DNA of 64,000 nucleotides from Chloroflexota bacterium (GCA_016209205.1 JACQWQ010000042.1:13917-77916), one strand, 5' to 3'. Shown: positions 44,799 through 54,554, numbered from the stretch's first letter. The notes: generated by a model from the sequence alone, not told the origin. Translations and numbers: made by a program.

Positions 44799-45344
44799 CT
44801 AGAATGATTTGGTTCGCAGATCCAACACCGCGCGGAGCGCCAAACCGGCAACGGCGACCAGCAGTGCCAGCGTCACCAGCAGCCACGCGGCGGGCATTAC
44901 GGTATTGATCAAGGCGCTGAGCAAAACCAAACAAGTCAAAACCAGTAACAGTCCGGGACGGGCGCGCACGACTTTGAGCGCATTCTGCCACGACACCTTG
45001 CGCCATTCGCGTTCTTCTTGCATCAAAAGCAACGCGAGCGGATACAATTGCAGCAGGAGCCACACGAATGCGATCACGAGCCACAAGGCGCGCAGCCACG
45101 TCAAAACAACGGGGCTGAGTGCGAGGGCTTGCTGCACCGGCGCGACGAGCGACGCGTTGCCCAAGAGCACGACCGCCATCAACAGATTCACCAAAGCGAG
45201 GAACCACGCGGCGCGATTCCAATTACGCGGCGGCGCGGGTTTTTCGGGCAGCGTCGCGGCGATTTCGACGAGCGTTTGCCGAATTTCGGTCTTGAGTTCC
45301 TTGACCTCTTTTTCCAGTTCTGCCACACGTGCTTCCAGTTCCAT
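44799..45344 (-). CDS. Hypothetical membrane protein with N-terminal coiled coil
   Basis: GGAGG RBS; about 4 TM segments; first 28 aa are 17/28 identical to the N-terminus of the 39544-40245 protein. Confidence 0.75.
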   Translation of the reverse strand: MELEARVAELEKEVKELKTEIRQTLVEIAATLPEKPAPPRNWNRAAWFLALVNLLMAVVLLGNASLVAPVQQALALSPVVLTWLRALWLVIAFVWLLLQLYPLALLLMQEEREWRKVSWQNALKVVRARPGLLLVLTCLVLLSALINTVMPAAWLLVTLALLVAVAGLALRAVLDLRTKSF

Positions 45345-45573
45345 ACGCGCCTCCCTTAAATAACCTACCCCCCTACCCCCTCCCTACAAGGGAAGGGGAG
45401 ATTTTCATCCCACTGCGGGTGCGCCGCAAGGTAGTAACGAATTCATTCGTCCGCGCAACCCGTAGTAACGTGCGATGTATTCCCATCGCCTCATTCGTCA
45501 GTCAGTATAAGATTTCCCGCGCGCCGCTCTCTTTTAGTTTCATTGCAAAAGCATTCGCGGTCGGTGTAGACCC

Positions 45574-45676
45574 AGACCTGACAGGTTTTAACCGCGAATG
45601 TTGTGGGCGACGCATTCGCGATGTATGGCAGCAGCTGCGGTTCGTGAAGCGGGTGGCGTAAAAACCTGTCAGGTCT
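45574..45676. repeat. REP-like inverted pair AGACCTGACAGGTTTT / AAAACCTGTCAGGTCT within a REP-rich spacer (45360-45680)
   Basis: Perfect 16-bp IR; neighbouring GTAG-tagged and CCCCTCCC...GGGAAGGGG palindromes. Confidence 0.8.
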
Positions 45677-45681
45677 CGCGG

Positions 45682-46479
45682 TCAAGTCGCCGCAAAGTAA
45701 TAGCCGCGCCCCCGCACCGTATGAATCAATTTCGGCGCGTCGGGCGACGGTTCCAATTTTTGGCGCAGTCGGAAAATGCTCGAACGAATGACGCTCTCGA
45801 CCGTCCACTTGTCCATTCCGTTGTAACCCAACGCGACATGCGCCAATTGCGCGCACGTCAGCACATGATTTGGTTTTTCCATCAACGCGCTCAGCAGCGC
45901 CACTTCGCCTTCGGTCAATTCCACGGCGAGCGGCGGCTTGGTCTGGAGCGTCGCCACGCGCTTTTCACGGTCCAACTCAAGCCAACCCAATTGCCTCTCG
46001 TCCACCGGTTCGGCGGCAGGCGGTTCGGGCTCGCTCTCCAATTCGGACATGACGTTGCGCACCATCGCCAACAAATGTTCCTGCCGCGCTTGCCGGGCGC
46101 GCATTTCGAGCGCGCGGCCCACCGAACGAACCAAGTCCGCGTCGGGACACGGCTTGAGCAAATAATCGAAAACGTTCGCGTGAATTGCCGCAATCGTGCT
46201 GTCAATCGTCGGATGCGCGGTGAGCACGATAATGAGCAGCGCCGGATCGAGCGCGCGCGCGCGCTGCAACAGCTCGCGTTCGTTCATGCCGAGATGAAAC
46301 GGGTCAAGGAGCAAGAGTGCATACTTGCGCGAGTGTAAACATTGCAGCAGCTCGGCGCCGGAAGAGGCCTGGTCAATTTCATGGCCGTGCTCGCGCAGCG
46401 CGTGCACACAAACACCGCGCACCGGATTATCTGCATCGGCGATCAAAAATCGGGATTCAAGGAAAGCAGTAGATGGCAT
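45682..46479 (-). CDS. OmpR/PhoB-family response regulator
   Basis: REC (LLLLDP, DYLLKP) plus winged helix (LTEGEVALL, IFRLRQKLE, IHTVRGRGY). ATG 46479 preferred. Confidence 0.88.
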   Translation of the reverse strand: MPSTAFLESRFLIADADNPVRGVCVHALREHGHEIDQASSGAELLQCLHSRKYALLLLDPFHLGMNERELLQRARALDPALLIIVLTAHPTIDSTIAAIHANVFDYLLKPCPDADLVRSVGRALEMRARQARQEHLLAMVRNVMSELESEPEPPAAEPVDERQLGWLELDREKRVATLQTKPPLAVELTEGEVALLSALMEKPNHVLTCAQLAHVALGYNGMDKWTVESVIRSSIFRLRQKLEPSPDAPKLIHTVRGRGYYFAAT

Positions 46480-46823
46480 AGTCGCGCTGTAGGTTGATTG
46501 CCAAACTTGCACCAGTCTAGCCCATGCCAGAGGCGCAAACAATTGGGGCACATACGTATTTCAAATTCGTACACGTACTGATTTTTCCGGCGCTGCACAA
46601 CCCGATTTTTCACAGTTTTGGCGGCTGTACGCGCATAAACCCTTAAAGGTCTGGGCCGACTGCATCGGGTCTGGATGAAATCCGTACGGGTATGCTTTGA
46701 TTTCCGTACTTGACCTGATTGTTTCACCAGGGCTTGTTCGCTACACTGCTCTCATCAGCGTTCCGTAATTTGATGCGCCGGGCGAACTCGTGCTGCGCGC
46801 ATCAGGATAGATGAGGCACAGCG

Positions 46824-47228
46824 ATGAATAATTTGGTCAAACCGGTCCCCCCAACGTTGGAGGCGCGACGCGTCGAAATGGATTCCACATGGAGTGTCCC
46901 TCCGACACTGCAATCGTACGACCCGACTTGGGCGAATCAACAATCCCTTCGCCCGTCGCAGTATATTGTGGTAGACACGCCGCCGCTTCCCCAAACAATG
47001 TCGGGCCCGTTCGAACTGATGGCGCGTTCGATGCAAAACATTTTTCAAATGCAAATGGCGATGCTGCGCCAACTCGACGTGCGCCTGAATCGTCTGGAGC
47101 AGACACGCCCGCCGCAATTCAATACGGGAGAGTTTTACGCGCAAACGTGGTGGGCGCTGTGGGGTATCTTGATGTTGATTCTCGGCGCGGCGTTGGTGAT
47201 GGTTTTGACTTTGATTCTTCGGGGATGA
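46824..47228 (+). CDS. Hypothetical protein with C-terminal transmembrane helix
   Basis: 134 aa; short coiled coil, then WWALWGILMLILGAALVMVLTLIL; ends 9 nt before the next gene. Confidence 0.65.
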   Translation: MNNLVKPVPPTLEARRVEMDSTWSVPPTLQSYDPTWANQQSLRPSQYIVVDTPPLPQTMSGPFELMARSMQNIFQMQMAMLRQLDVRLNRLEQTRPPQFNTGEFYAQTWWALWGILMLILGAALVMVLTLILRG

Positions 47229-47237
47229 GCGGGAGCC

Positions 47238-49373
47238 ATGCGCGCCAATTCTGCCAAGTCAAGTCACACCCCGCGCCACGCGTTCAATTTGCGAACGCTC
47301 CGCGAGGCGGTCCAACATATTCCGCGTCGCACTTTGGTCTTGTGGCTGTTGGCAACGACATTGGGTTTGTTCATGCTGCCGTTGACCCTTGTCGCTGCAT
47401 CGCTGACCGCCCAAGTCAGCACACTCAACGACGATGTGCAAGCCGTCATCGCAGCCGAAACAACGCTGCCCACGCTTTTGCCGCGCGTGCAGTCGCTCAA
47501 CAAACAACTGGCGCAAGTACAAGCGCAGGCGAAACAACTTCAGGCGGTGAAACCTACTCTGGCCGCGGGTGCGCTCGACTGGACCACCATCATGTCCGCC
47601 ATCGGCAACTATGATCCGAATCAAATCGCGGTAGATGGTTTGAGCACAAGCGACGAGATGTTGATTGTAACCGGACGCGCTGCAAATGACGCGGCGATTC
47701 TCGCGTACGTAAATTCATTGCAGCAATCAAACACCTTTAAAAATGTTGTGCTGCAATCCGTTCAAATCGCCGACTCGCAAGCCGTGACCATGACCGTCGT
47801 GCCCGGGCAGGTGTTTCCAACCGCCACCCTGACGCCGACGGCGACGATTACGCCAACGCCGAACCTGCGCGACGCGTACGAGCCGGACGAAATCACGCCG
47901 CCTTATTATTATCTGGGGCAGACCCAAATCCACACGTTCCATCCTGACAACGATATTGACCAAGTTGTCTTTCTTGCCAAAGCGGGGCGTTATTATCGCA
48001 TCGCCACACAGAATCTCGCCGCAGGCGTGGATACGGTCTTGAGTGTCAATGCCGGCGGGCACATTCTCACGAATGACGATGCGAAACCCACATCCCTGTA
48101 TTCCGAAGTCATTCTCGTCGCGCCAACGACCGATACGACTGTGACCATCACGATCACCAATCGTGGACCGTATGGCATAACGACCACATACACATTGGTG
48201 GTAGAAGAAATTTTGCCGACGCCCGTGCCGACCGGTTCGGCGACACTGTTGAGTTCGCAGCCCACCGCCGCCGCGCCAATCCGAACTACACAGCCAACGT
48301 CCACATCCGCTCCAACACACACAGCGGCGCCGCCGACCAGCACACAAATTCCGCCGACCAATACGCTCGCGCCGACGAATACTCCAATTCCAAGCGTCCC
48401 ACCGTCGCCGACGCCGCTCCCACCGACGAGTACTGCAACGTTCGCCCCAACGTTCACCTCCATCCCACCGACGAGCACGCCGATTCCGCCTACCGAAACG
48501 CCAGTGCCGCCCACGATTCCGCCAACGCCCAGCTTTGCCGTCGTAAGCGCAAACTTTCAAGTCACGCCGTCGTCGAGTTCCGTGTGTCCCAGTACGTTTT
48601 CGTTCAACGGCGCAATCACCGTCATGGGCACGGGCACGGTCACGTATTTTTTTGAACGCAGCGACGGGTCAATGGGTCCGCAGCAGTCCATCCCGTTTGC
48701 GGGCGGCGGCACGGCGAACATCGCCGACGCGTGGACGATTCAAGGGACGCCGGGTTTCAATTTTTCGGGATGGGAACGCATTCATGTCCTTGCGCCGAAC
48801 GAGCTTGCATCGAATCCTGCAACGTTTCTTTTGATCTGTCAGCCCGAACCTGCGCCGACAACCTCGGCGCTGTCCTTTCCACTCAGTCACTCTGTCATTT
48901 CGAGATACCCATCAAGCCCGGGCGTGATGTTTAATGTCAGAAACTTTATCAACGCGAATCCCGCGAATCCATGCGAATCTACGCGAAATGTTTTGAATTC
49001 TGACAGATTCGCCAAGATTCGCGCAGATTCGTGTTCCCTTCCGATAATTCAATCGGCGCGCTGGAAGTTTCTGTGCAGCTCTTCATGCTTCAGGGTAAAC
49101 TCCGCGAGAAATCACGATGCCATTCAGAGTAGTTACACGTTTTCTTTTGGAAACGCGCGCGGGGTGTGGTTTGAACGCGCCCTGGATTCTTTTGACATCT
49201 TGGGCGGCGCCGTAAATGTTTTGTGGCTGCGACGCGCATTGTTCGCGCCGCAGACAACGCGCCAGCTCTTCGACGCTTGGCGCGGCAACGCGCCCGTGTC
49301 TGCGCCGAACACCGCACAAGCGATGCCGCTGCGCTTTGTGATCGTGCTCGAGCCCAAGACAGGCACGCCATGA
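47238..49373 (+). CDS. PilN-like protein with PPC-like domain, Pro/Thr linker and Ig-like domain
   Basis: TM + coiled coil + PilN-like core (WTTIMSAI...LIVTGRA...AYVNSLQQSNTFKNVVL), DAYEPD motif, PT repeats, terminal strand LRFVIVLE. Confidence 0.72.
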   Translation: MRANSAKSSHTPRHAFNLRTLREAVQHIPRRTLVLWLLATTLGLFMLPLTLVAASLTAQVSTLNDDVQAVIAAETTLPTLLPRVQSLNKQLAQVQAQAKQLQAVKPTLAAGALDWTTIMSAIGNYDPNQIAVDGLSTSDEMLIVTGRAANDAAILAYVNSLQQSNTFKNVVLQSVQIADSQAVTMTVVPGQVFPTATLTPTATITPTPNLRDAYEPDEITPPYYYLGQTQIHTFHPDNDIDQVVFLAKAGRYYRIATQNLAAGVDTVLSVNAGGHILTNDDAKPTSLYSEVILVAPTTDTTVTITITNRGPYGITTTYTLVVEEILPTPVPTGSATLLSSQPTAAAPIRTTQPTSTSAPTHTAAPPTSTQIPPTNTLAPTNTPIPSVPPSPTPLPPTSTATFAPTFTSIPPTSTPIPPTETPVPPTIPPTPSFAVVSANFQVTPSSSSVCPSTFSFNGAITVMGTGTVTYFFERSDGSMGPQQSIPFAGGGTANIADAWTIQGTPGFNFSGWERIHVLAPNELASNPATFLLICQPEPAPTTSALSFPLSHSVISRYPSSPGVMFNVRNFINANPANPCESTRNVLNSDRFAKIRADSCSLPIIQSARWKFLCSSSCFRVNSARNHDAIQSSYTFSFGNARGVWFERALDSFDILGGAVNVLWLRRALFAPQTTRQLFDAWRGNAPVSAPNTAQAMPLRFVIVLEPKTGTP
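48893..49113. mobile_element. Family C element fragment inserted in frame in the PilN-like gene
   Basis: Starts TGTCATTTCGAGAT; shares GGGCGTGATGTTT, AATCGG...GGAAGTTTCTGTGCAG and CGCGAATC modules with 18943 and 44521. Confidence 0.72.
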
Positions 49374-50458
49374 ACACTGTCATGCGTACGCTGCGAGATC
49401 TATGGCAGAGATTGCGCTTGCCGCAATTACGGACGCGCCTGCCGCATTTCCCCTTTCAACGCGGGTCAGCCATCGCATTCCTCTTGCTCGCAGTATCCAC
49501 GTTCGGCAACGCGTGGCTCATCACCGCGCTCGTCTTGCCCACGTTCGAAACGCGCAGTAAGTTGGCGGAGCAATTACAAACCGAGCAGCGCAATCTCATC
49601 GCCGCGCGCGATTTGCGCGAAGACTCGCCCGAGACTATCGAAAAACGCATCGCCTCCAATCAAGCCATCGTGCAGCAGGCGCAAAAGCAGCTGCTCGCGA
49701 ATGACCAGCTCACGGCGCTTGCCAACGCGGTGTATCAACACGCGAACACGAGCGGTATTGCCCTGACCGAATTGGCGGTGAGCGGCGGACCCGCAGAAGC
49801 GAGCGTTTTGAAATTCAATTCAACGCCTACGCGCACGCCGACGCTTGCGGGCAGTGGCGTCAAGCCCACGACCAAACCGATTGCTACCTCGCGCGCATTG
49901 ACCACGACACGCGCAGTGACAGCAACAGTGAGCGCCACCGCGACCGCGCTGCCTTTGCTGTATCAGATTCGCCGCCTGCATCTACAGGCACAAGGCGCCA
50001 CGCAGCGTTTGATCAATTTCATGGCGCGTTTGCGCGAGTTCCAGACATCGGGCGTCGTCGTCGAAACGCTGACCATGACCGGGAAAGCAGAGTGGGCAAC
50101 TTTGACGCTCAAACTCGCGCTCTATGTGGATCCCGCCGCGCCTGCAAAATTACCTCCGGTACAAACTATTAAAAACATCACAACGCCGCTGCCGCCGCAA
50201 ACTGCAAGCCCCGCATTTGCCGCGCCCCTGCAAACGCCCACCCCGTACGTCATTATCGTCCCGTACGGCAACGCGGGTGTTATGCCGACGCTCACGCCTA
50301 CTCCCGAACGGCTGTACGTGTATTATGTGCAAAGCGGAGACACGCTCAGCACACTCGCGCAAAAATTTCATGTGCCCGCGCAAGAGATCGTCAACCGCAA
50401 TGCGCTTACCATTCTCGAACTCACGCCGGGACAAAAATTACTCATCCCCGTTCGCTAG
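49370..50458 (+). CDS. PilO-like protein with C-terminal LysM domain
   Basis: TM + coiled coil + PilO-like strands; LysM YYVQSGDTLSTLAQKF...IVNRN...LTPGQKLLIP; overlaps the previous stop (ATGA). Confidence 0.75.
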   Translation: MNTVMRTLRDLWQRLRLPQLRTRLPHFPFQRGSAIAFLLLAVSTFGNAWLITALVLPTFETRSKLAEQLQTEQRNLIAARDLREDSPETIEKRIASNQAIVQQAQKQLLANDQLTALANAVYQHANTSGIALTELAVSGGPAEASVLKFNSTPTRTPTLAGSGVKPTTKPIATSRALTTTRAVTATVSATATALPLLYQIRRLHLQAQGATQRLINFMARLREFQTSGVVVETLTMTGKAEWATLTLKLALYVDPAAPAKLPPVQTIKNITTPLPPQTASPAFAAPLQTPTPYVIIVPYGNAGVMPTLTPTPERLYVYYVQSGDTLSTLAQKFHVPAQEIVNRNALTILELTPGQKLLIPVR

Positions 50459-50756
50459 TGCGCCCATCCCCCTCCAGTACGGTATCAAAATCCACGAAGG
50501 ACACGGCAATCGCTTGTGATTGCCGCAATCGCAAGCGATTGCGGCACTAAGAAACCCTTCGTGTTCTTCGTGTCCTTCGTGGATAACGCGGTTCCCCGCG
50601 CGCCGCGCGCACACAAATTGTTTCTAATTTGTAATCGTCGCGCGCACCATTTTGAATCTATGATGTCAAGTGGTTGCTGCCTTCACATCGGAAAGTGGCA
50701 ATATCTGGTGTGTTCGCATCCCGGCAGGCGAACATCGGATTCCGGAAATTTCAGTA

Positions 50757-53700
50757 ATGAAGCCAACCTTTTCGATTCGCTTGCTATTGTTTCTTTTCGC
50801 CATTTCGGTGACCGTACCGTTGGTCATCTTGCTAGTCTATACCCTGTACTCGGCCGTCATTACCAAAACCCAAAATGCGCGTGTGAGCGCCGTCGGGCTG
50901 GCGCAAGCTGCCGCCAACGATGTCACAATTTTCCTCAACGGCGTTGAACTCCACTTGACCAGTATTGCGGAACGGTCTGAAATCCGCGTCGCGCTCCAAG
51001 ACCCCCTGACCTGTTCCCGCACCCTGCAAATCCTGCAATACTCGCTCCCCGAAGCATCTTTTTTTGTCGTTCTGGATGAACAAGGGAAACCGATTTGCAC
51101 GATCCTCGCGAATGATTTAACACAATTTCCCTTCTCGGCTCAGCCGTGGTTTTCGGCGGCGCGCGATGGTAATCAAGTGATCGTTACCGCGCCGCAAAGC
51201 GGACTCGTGCCGGATAGAAACATTTTGCTGTTGGCATATCCGCTCCAAGCCCCGGGCGAAACAAAACAGGGCATCGTGTTAGCAGGCGTTGACCCCGCGC
51301 AGCTGCAAACGGTTCTCACTCACCAGCAACTGAATCCAGAAGAAATTCTCGTGCTCTTGGACGGCGAAGGCACGCTCCTGGCGTTGACCCCGGATCCGAG
51401 CCAGCTCTCGGGCACAAATTTGCGGACGGCAGAATTTGTGCAGACCGCGCTATCCCAAATTCAAGGGAATGTGCAAACGCGCGGCTTGGATGGGACCGAA
51501 CGGATTTTTGGCTTTACGACCGTACCGCAAACGGGCTGGCGCGTGATTGCGGGCGTACCCACCGGTTCCGCTTTTGCCTCGGCGTGGCAATACGCGATGA
51601 TTAACGGGACTTTGCTGTTGATTGCCATTCTCTTGGTGGCTGCTGCGGCGCGTTGGTACACCAAGCGCATCGAGCGTCCCCTCAATGCGTTGGTCGAAGC
51701 GACCACTGCGGTGACGCAAGGCGATCTCACCACGCGCGTTTCGGTTCAGGGTCCACCGGAATTGGCGCAGCTCGCCGTTCAATTTAATGCGATGGTAGAC
51801 GCGCGCGAGGCATTCGACAAGGCGTTGCGTTTGGCAAATGACAAATACCGCACGCTTATCGAGCAACTCCCGGCGGTGGTCTATCGCACCTTGCCCGACA
51901 AGGGGAACCGCGCGTTGTTTGTCAATGCCGTGATTCAGGATTTGTTGGGCTATGCGCCGGAAGAATGGATGGCAAACCCGGGGCTTTGGTCGGAGCACAT
52001 TCATCCCGAAGACCGTGCGCGCGTGGCTGCCGCGCTCGCCCAATCCTCCACCCTGAATCAGCCCCTGACGGTCGAGTACCGGTTGTTTACGCGCGATGGT
52101 CGTCTCGTTTGGGTGCGTGACCAAGCCCGCGCCCTGCCGCATCACAACGGGCAGCCGCGCATGTTGCAGGGAATCGTCTTTGATATTACCTCACACAAAC
52201 TCGCCGACGAACGCATGGCGTATCTCGCGCAGCTGCTGGATCAAGTACACGATGCGATCATTGCGACCGATGCCGAACATAAAATCACGGCGTGGAATCG
52301 CGCGGCGCAAGAAATGTATGGTTGGCAGGCGACGGAAGCCCTCGGACAACCGCTTGACAAAATTGTAGCGACCGAAATCACGGCGCAAACCAAAACCGCG
52401 TTGGAGGAAACCTTACAGGCAGAGGGGGCGTGCCGCTTTGAAGTAGAACAATATCGCAAGACCGGCGAACCTTTGTTCGTGGAAAGCACGACGATGATGC
52501 TGCGCAATCACGCGCAAGAAATCACGGGTTACGTCAGTGTGAATCGCGACATGACCGCGCACCAACACGCCGAACAGAAATTGGAGCGACGCACCGCGCA
52601 CGCCGAAGCATTGGCGCACACGGCGGCGGCATTGAACGCGCGTTTGGAATTTGATGCGGTGGTGCGTGCGATTGCGTCCGAGACGGCGCGCGCTTTAAAG
52701 GTCCCGCTCGCGTTTGTGTTTCTATACAAAGAGAACTCGAATTCGTTCCGGCTCGCCGCTGCCTTTGGCTTGAGTGAATCCTGCACCGCAGCCCTCATGG
52801 AAATTCCGTACGTCTATCCCATTGCCCTCGACAGCCCACCGACGCTGTATAGCCGCAATTGGGCCTCGCTGGCCATGTGGTCGAATGCGGGGCGCGGTGA
52901 GATGCCGCGCTTGACCGGCGCATTGACGGTACCGTTGCGCCACAAAGACGAATGGGTCGGACTCGTCAGCGCGGCGACGACAGACCAGACGCGTCCGTTT
53001 ACGACCGAAGATTCGGAGCTGCTCGCGGGATTGGCAGACCAAGCCGCATTGGCCGTGGCGAACGCGCGCTTGTTCGACCAAGTGCGCGCCGGGCGGCAGC
53101 GTTTACAGACCCTGTCGCGTCGGCTGGTCGAGGTTCAGGAAACAGAACGGCACGCGATTGCACGCGAGCTGCACGACGAAATCGGTCAGTCGCTCACGGG
53201 GTTGAGTCTGGTGCTGGAGATGGCAGCGCGCGCTTTGCCGCATGGCGTCAACGTGAATCTCGCCGAGGCGCAATCTATCGTGAATCAAATCATGAAACAG
53301 GTGCGCAATCTTTCGCTCGAATTGCGCCCGGCGATGCTGGACGATTTGGGATTGGTGCCTGCGCTGACCTGGCAAGTCCAGCGTTACTCGACGCAAACGG
53401 GTATCCATGTAGATTTGAAATTGATGGGGCTGGAAGGCAAACGCTTTCCGACCGCCGTGGAAACGGCCGCGTATCGCATTGTGCAGGAAGCATTGACGAA
53501 TATCGCGCGCTATGCGCGTGTGCAGCACGCCAAGGTACGCGTGTGGACCGAGGACCATACCTTGGGCTTGATGATTGAAGACGCGGGCATTGGTTTCGAG
53601 GCGGACGCGGCATTGAGCAGCAATCAATCGAGTGGTTTGATCGGCATGCGCGAACGCGCCATGCTGCTCGGCGGGCACTTTGTGCTCGAATCGGCGCCCG

Positions 53701-53777
53701 GGCAAGGCACGCGCGTCAACGCCAAATTGCCCTTGCGCGATTTCGTCGAGCGCCGCGTCAGGGAGCGAGCATTATGA
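50757..53777 (+). CDS. Sensor histidine kinase (Cache, HAMP, 2 PAS, GAF, HisKA_3, HATPase)
   Basis: TM-Cache-TM, IHPEDR PAS, WNRAAQEMYGW PAS, ERHAIARELHDEIGQ, EDAGIGF, GLIGMRER. ATG 50757 preferred. Confidence 0.92.
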   Translation: MKPTFSIRLLLFLFAISVTVPLVILLVYTLYSAVITKTQNARVSAVGLAQAAANDVTIFLNGVELHLTSIAERSEIRVALQDPLTCSRTLQILQYSLPEASFFVVLDEQGKPICTILANDLTQFPFSAQPWFSAARDGNQVIVTAPQSGLVPDRNILLLAYPLQAPGETKQGIVLAGVDPAQLQTVLTHQQLNPEEILVLLDGEGTLLALTPDPSQLSGTNLRTAEFVQTALSQIQGNVQTRGLDGTERIFGFTTVPQTGWRVIAGVPTGSAFASAWQYAMINGTLLLIAILLVAAAARWYTKRIERPLNALVEATTAVTQGDLTTRVSVQGPPELAQLAVQFNAMVDAREAFDKALRLANDKYRTLIEQLPAVVYRTLPDKGNRALFVNAVIQDLLGYAPEEWMANPGLWSEHIHPEDRARVAAALAQSSTLNQPLTVEYRLFTRDGRLVWVRDQARALPHHNGQPRMLQGIVFDITSHKLADERMAYLAQLLDQVHDAIIATDAEHKITAWNRAAQEMYGWQATEALGQPLDKIVATEITAQTKTALEETLQAEGACRFEVEQYRKTGEPLFVESTTMMLRNHAQEITGYVSVNRDMTAHQHAEQKLERRTAHAEALAHTAAALNARLEFDAVVRAIASETARALKVPLAFVFLYKENSNSFRLAAAFGLSESCTAALMEIPYVYPIALDSPPTLYSRNWASLAMWSNAGRGEMPRLTGALTVPLRHKDEWVGLVSAATTDQTRPFTTEDSELLAGLADQAALAVANARLFDQVRAGRQRLQTLSRRLVEVQETERHAIARELHDEIGQSLTGLSLVLEMAARALPHGVNVNLAEAQSIVNQIMKQVRNLSLELRPAMLDDLGLVPALTWQVQRYSTQTGIHVDLKLMGLEGKRFPTAVETAAYRIVQEALTNIARYARVQHAKVRVWTEDHTLGLMIEDAGIGFEADAALSSNQSSGLIGMRERAMLLGGHFVLESAPGQGTRVNAKLPLRDFVERRVRERAL

Positions 53778-54421
53778 TTCGGATTGTATTGGTAGACGAC
53801 CATCACGTGGTCCGCCAAGGTTTCAAAGCATTGCTTGAATCGGAAGGCGATTTGCAGGTCGTCGGCGAAGCCGGGGATGGCTTGCACGCGTTAGAGCTCG
53901 TGCAGCGTTTGTCACCGAATATCGTGATTGCGGATGTGATGATGCCGGGGATGAATGGCTTGGAATTGACGCGCCAGCTCCAGACGCTTGCACCGCAGAC
54001 GCGTGTGATTCTGCTTTCGATGCATTCCAATGAAGCGTACGTGTTGGAGGCGCTGCGCAACGGCGCGGCGGGTTACGTGTTGAAAGATTCGAATGCGTCC
54101 GATTTGATTCAAGCGGTGCGCAAAGTCGCCGCCGGGGGCAGGCACTTGAGCGAGCCGCTGTCGGAACGAGCGATTCAAGCGTACGCGCAAATGGCGCAAG
54201 ACGCCCACTTTGACGCGTACGAGACTTTGACGAATCGCGAACGCATGATTTTGCAGCTCGCCGCCGAGGGTTATTCCGGGTCTGAAATCGCACAGCGGCT
54301 CACGATCAGCGCGCGGACAGTGGAGACGCATCGGAGCAATTTAATGCACAAACTAGGGCTGCATTCGCAAACGGAATTGGTGCGTTACGCCATGCGGCGC
54401 GGCATTTTGGCGATGGAATGA
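53774..54421 (+). CDS. NarL/LuxR-family response regulator
   Basis: VDDHHVVRQG, ADVMMP, YVLK, LTNRE...TVETHRSNLMHKL. Confidence 0.94.
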   Translation: MIRIVLVDDHHVVRQGFKALLESEGDLQVVGEAGDGLHALELVQRLSPNIVIADVMMPGMNGLELTRQLQTLAPQTRVILLSMHSNEAYVLEALRNGAAGYVLKDSNASDLIQAVRKVAAGGRHLSEPLSERAIQAYAQMAQDAHFDAYETLTNRERMILQLAAEGYSGSEIAQRLTISARTVETHRSNLMHKLGLHSQTELVRYAMRRGILAME

Positions 54422-54433
54422 CTCGCCTGCTGC

Positions 54434-54474
54434 AACCACGCCCCGTATTCAAAAATACGGGGCGTGGTTTTTTC
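54434..54474 (+). terminator. Rho-independent terminator
   Basis: AACCACGCCCCGTATT-caaa-AATACGGGGCGTGGTT followed by a T-run. Confidence 0.8.
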
Positions 54475-54554
54475 TAAATCCGTACGCGTACGCATAGCCC
54501 AGTGACGCCAGAACGGCTATGCTATACACCAATGTAGGGACTTGCGGAGGGAGT

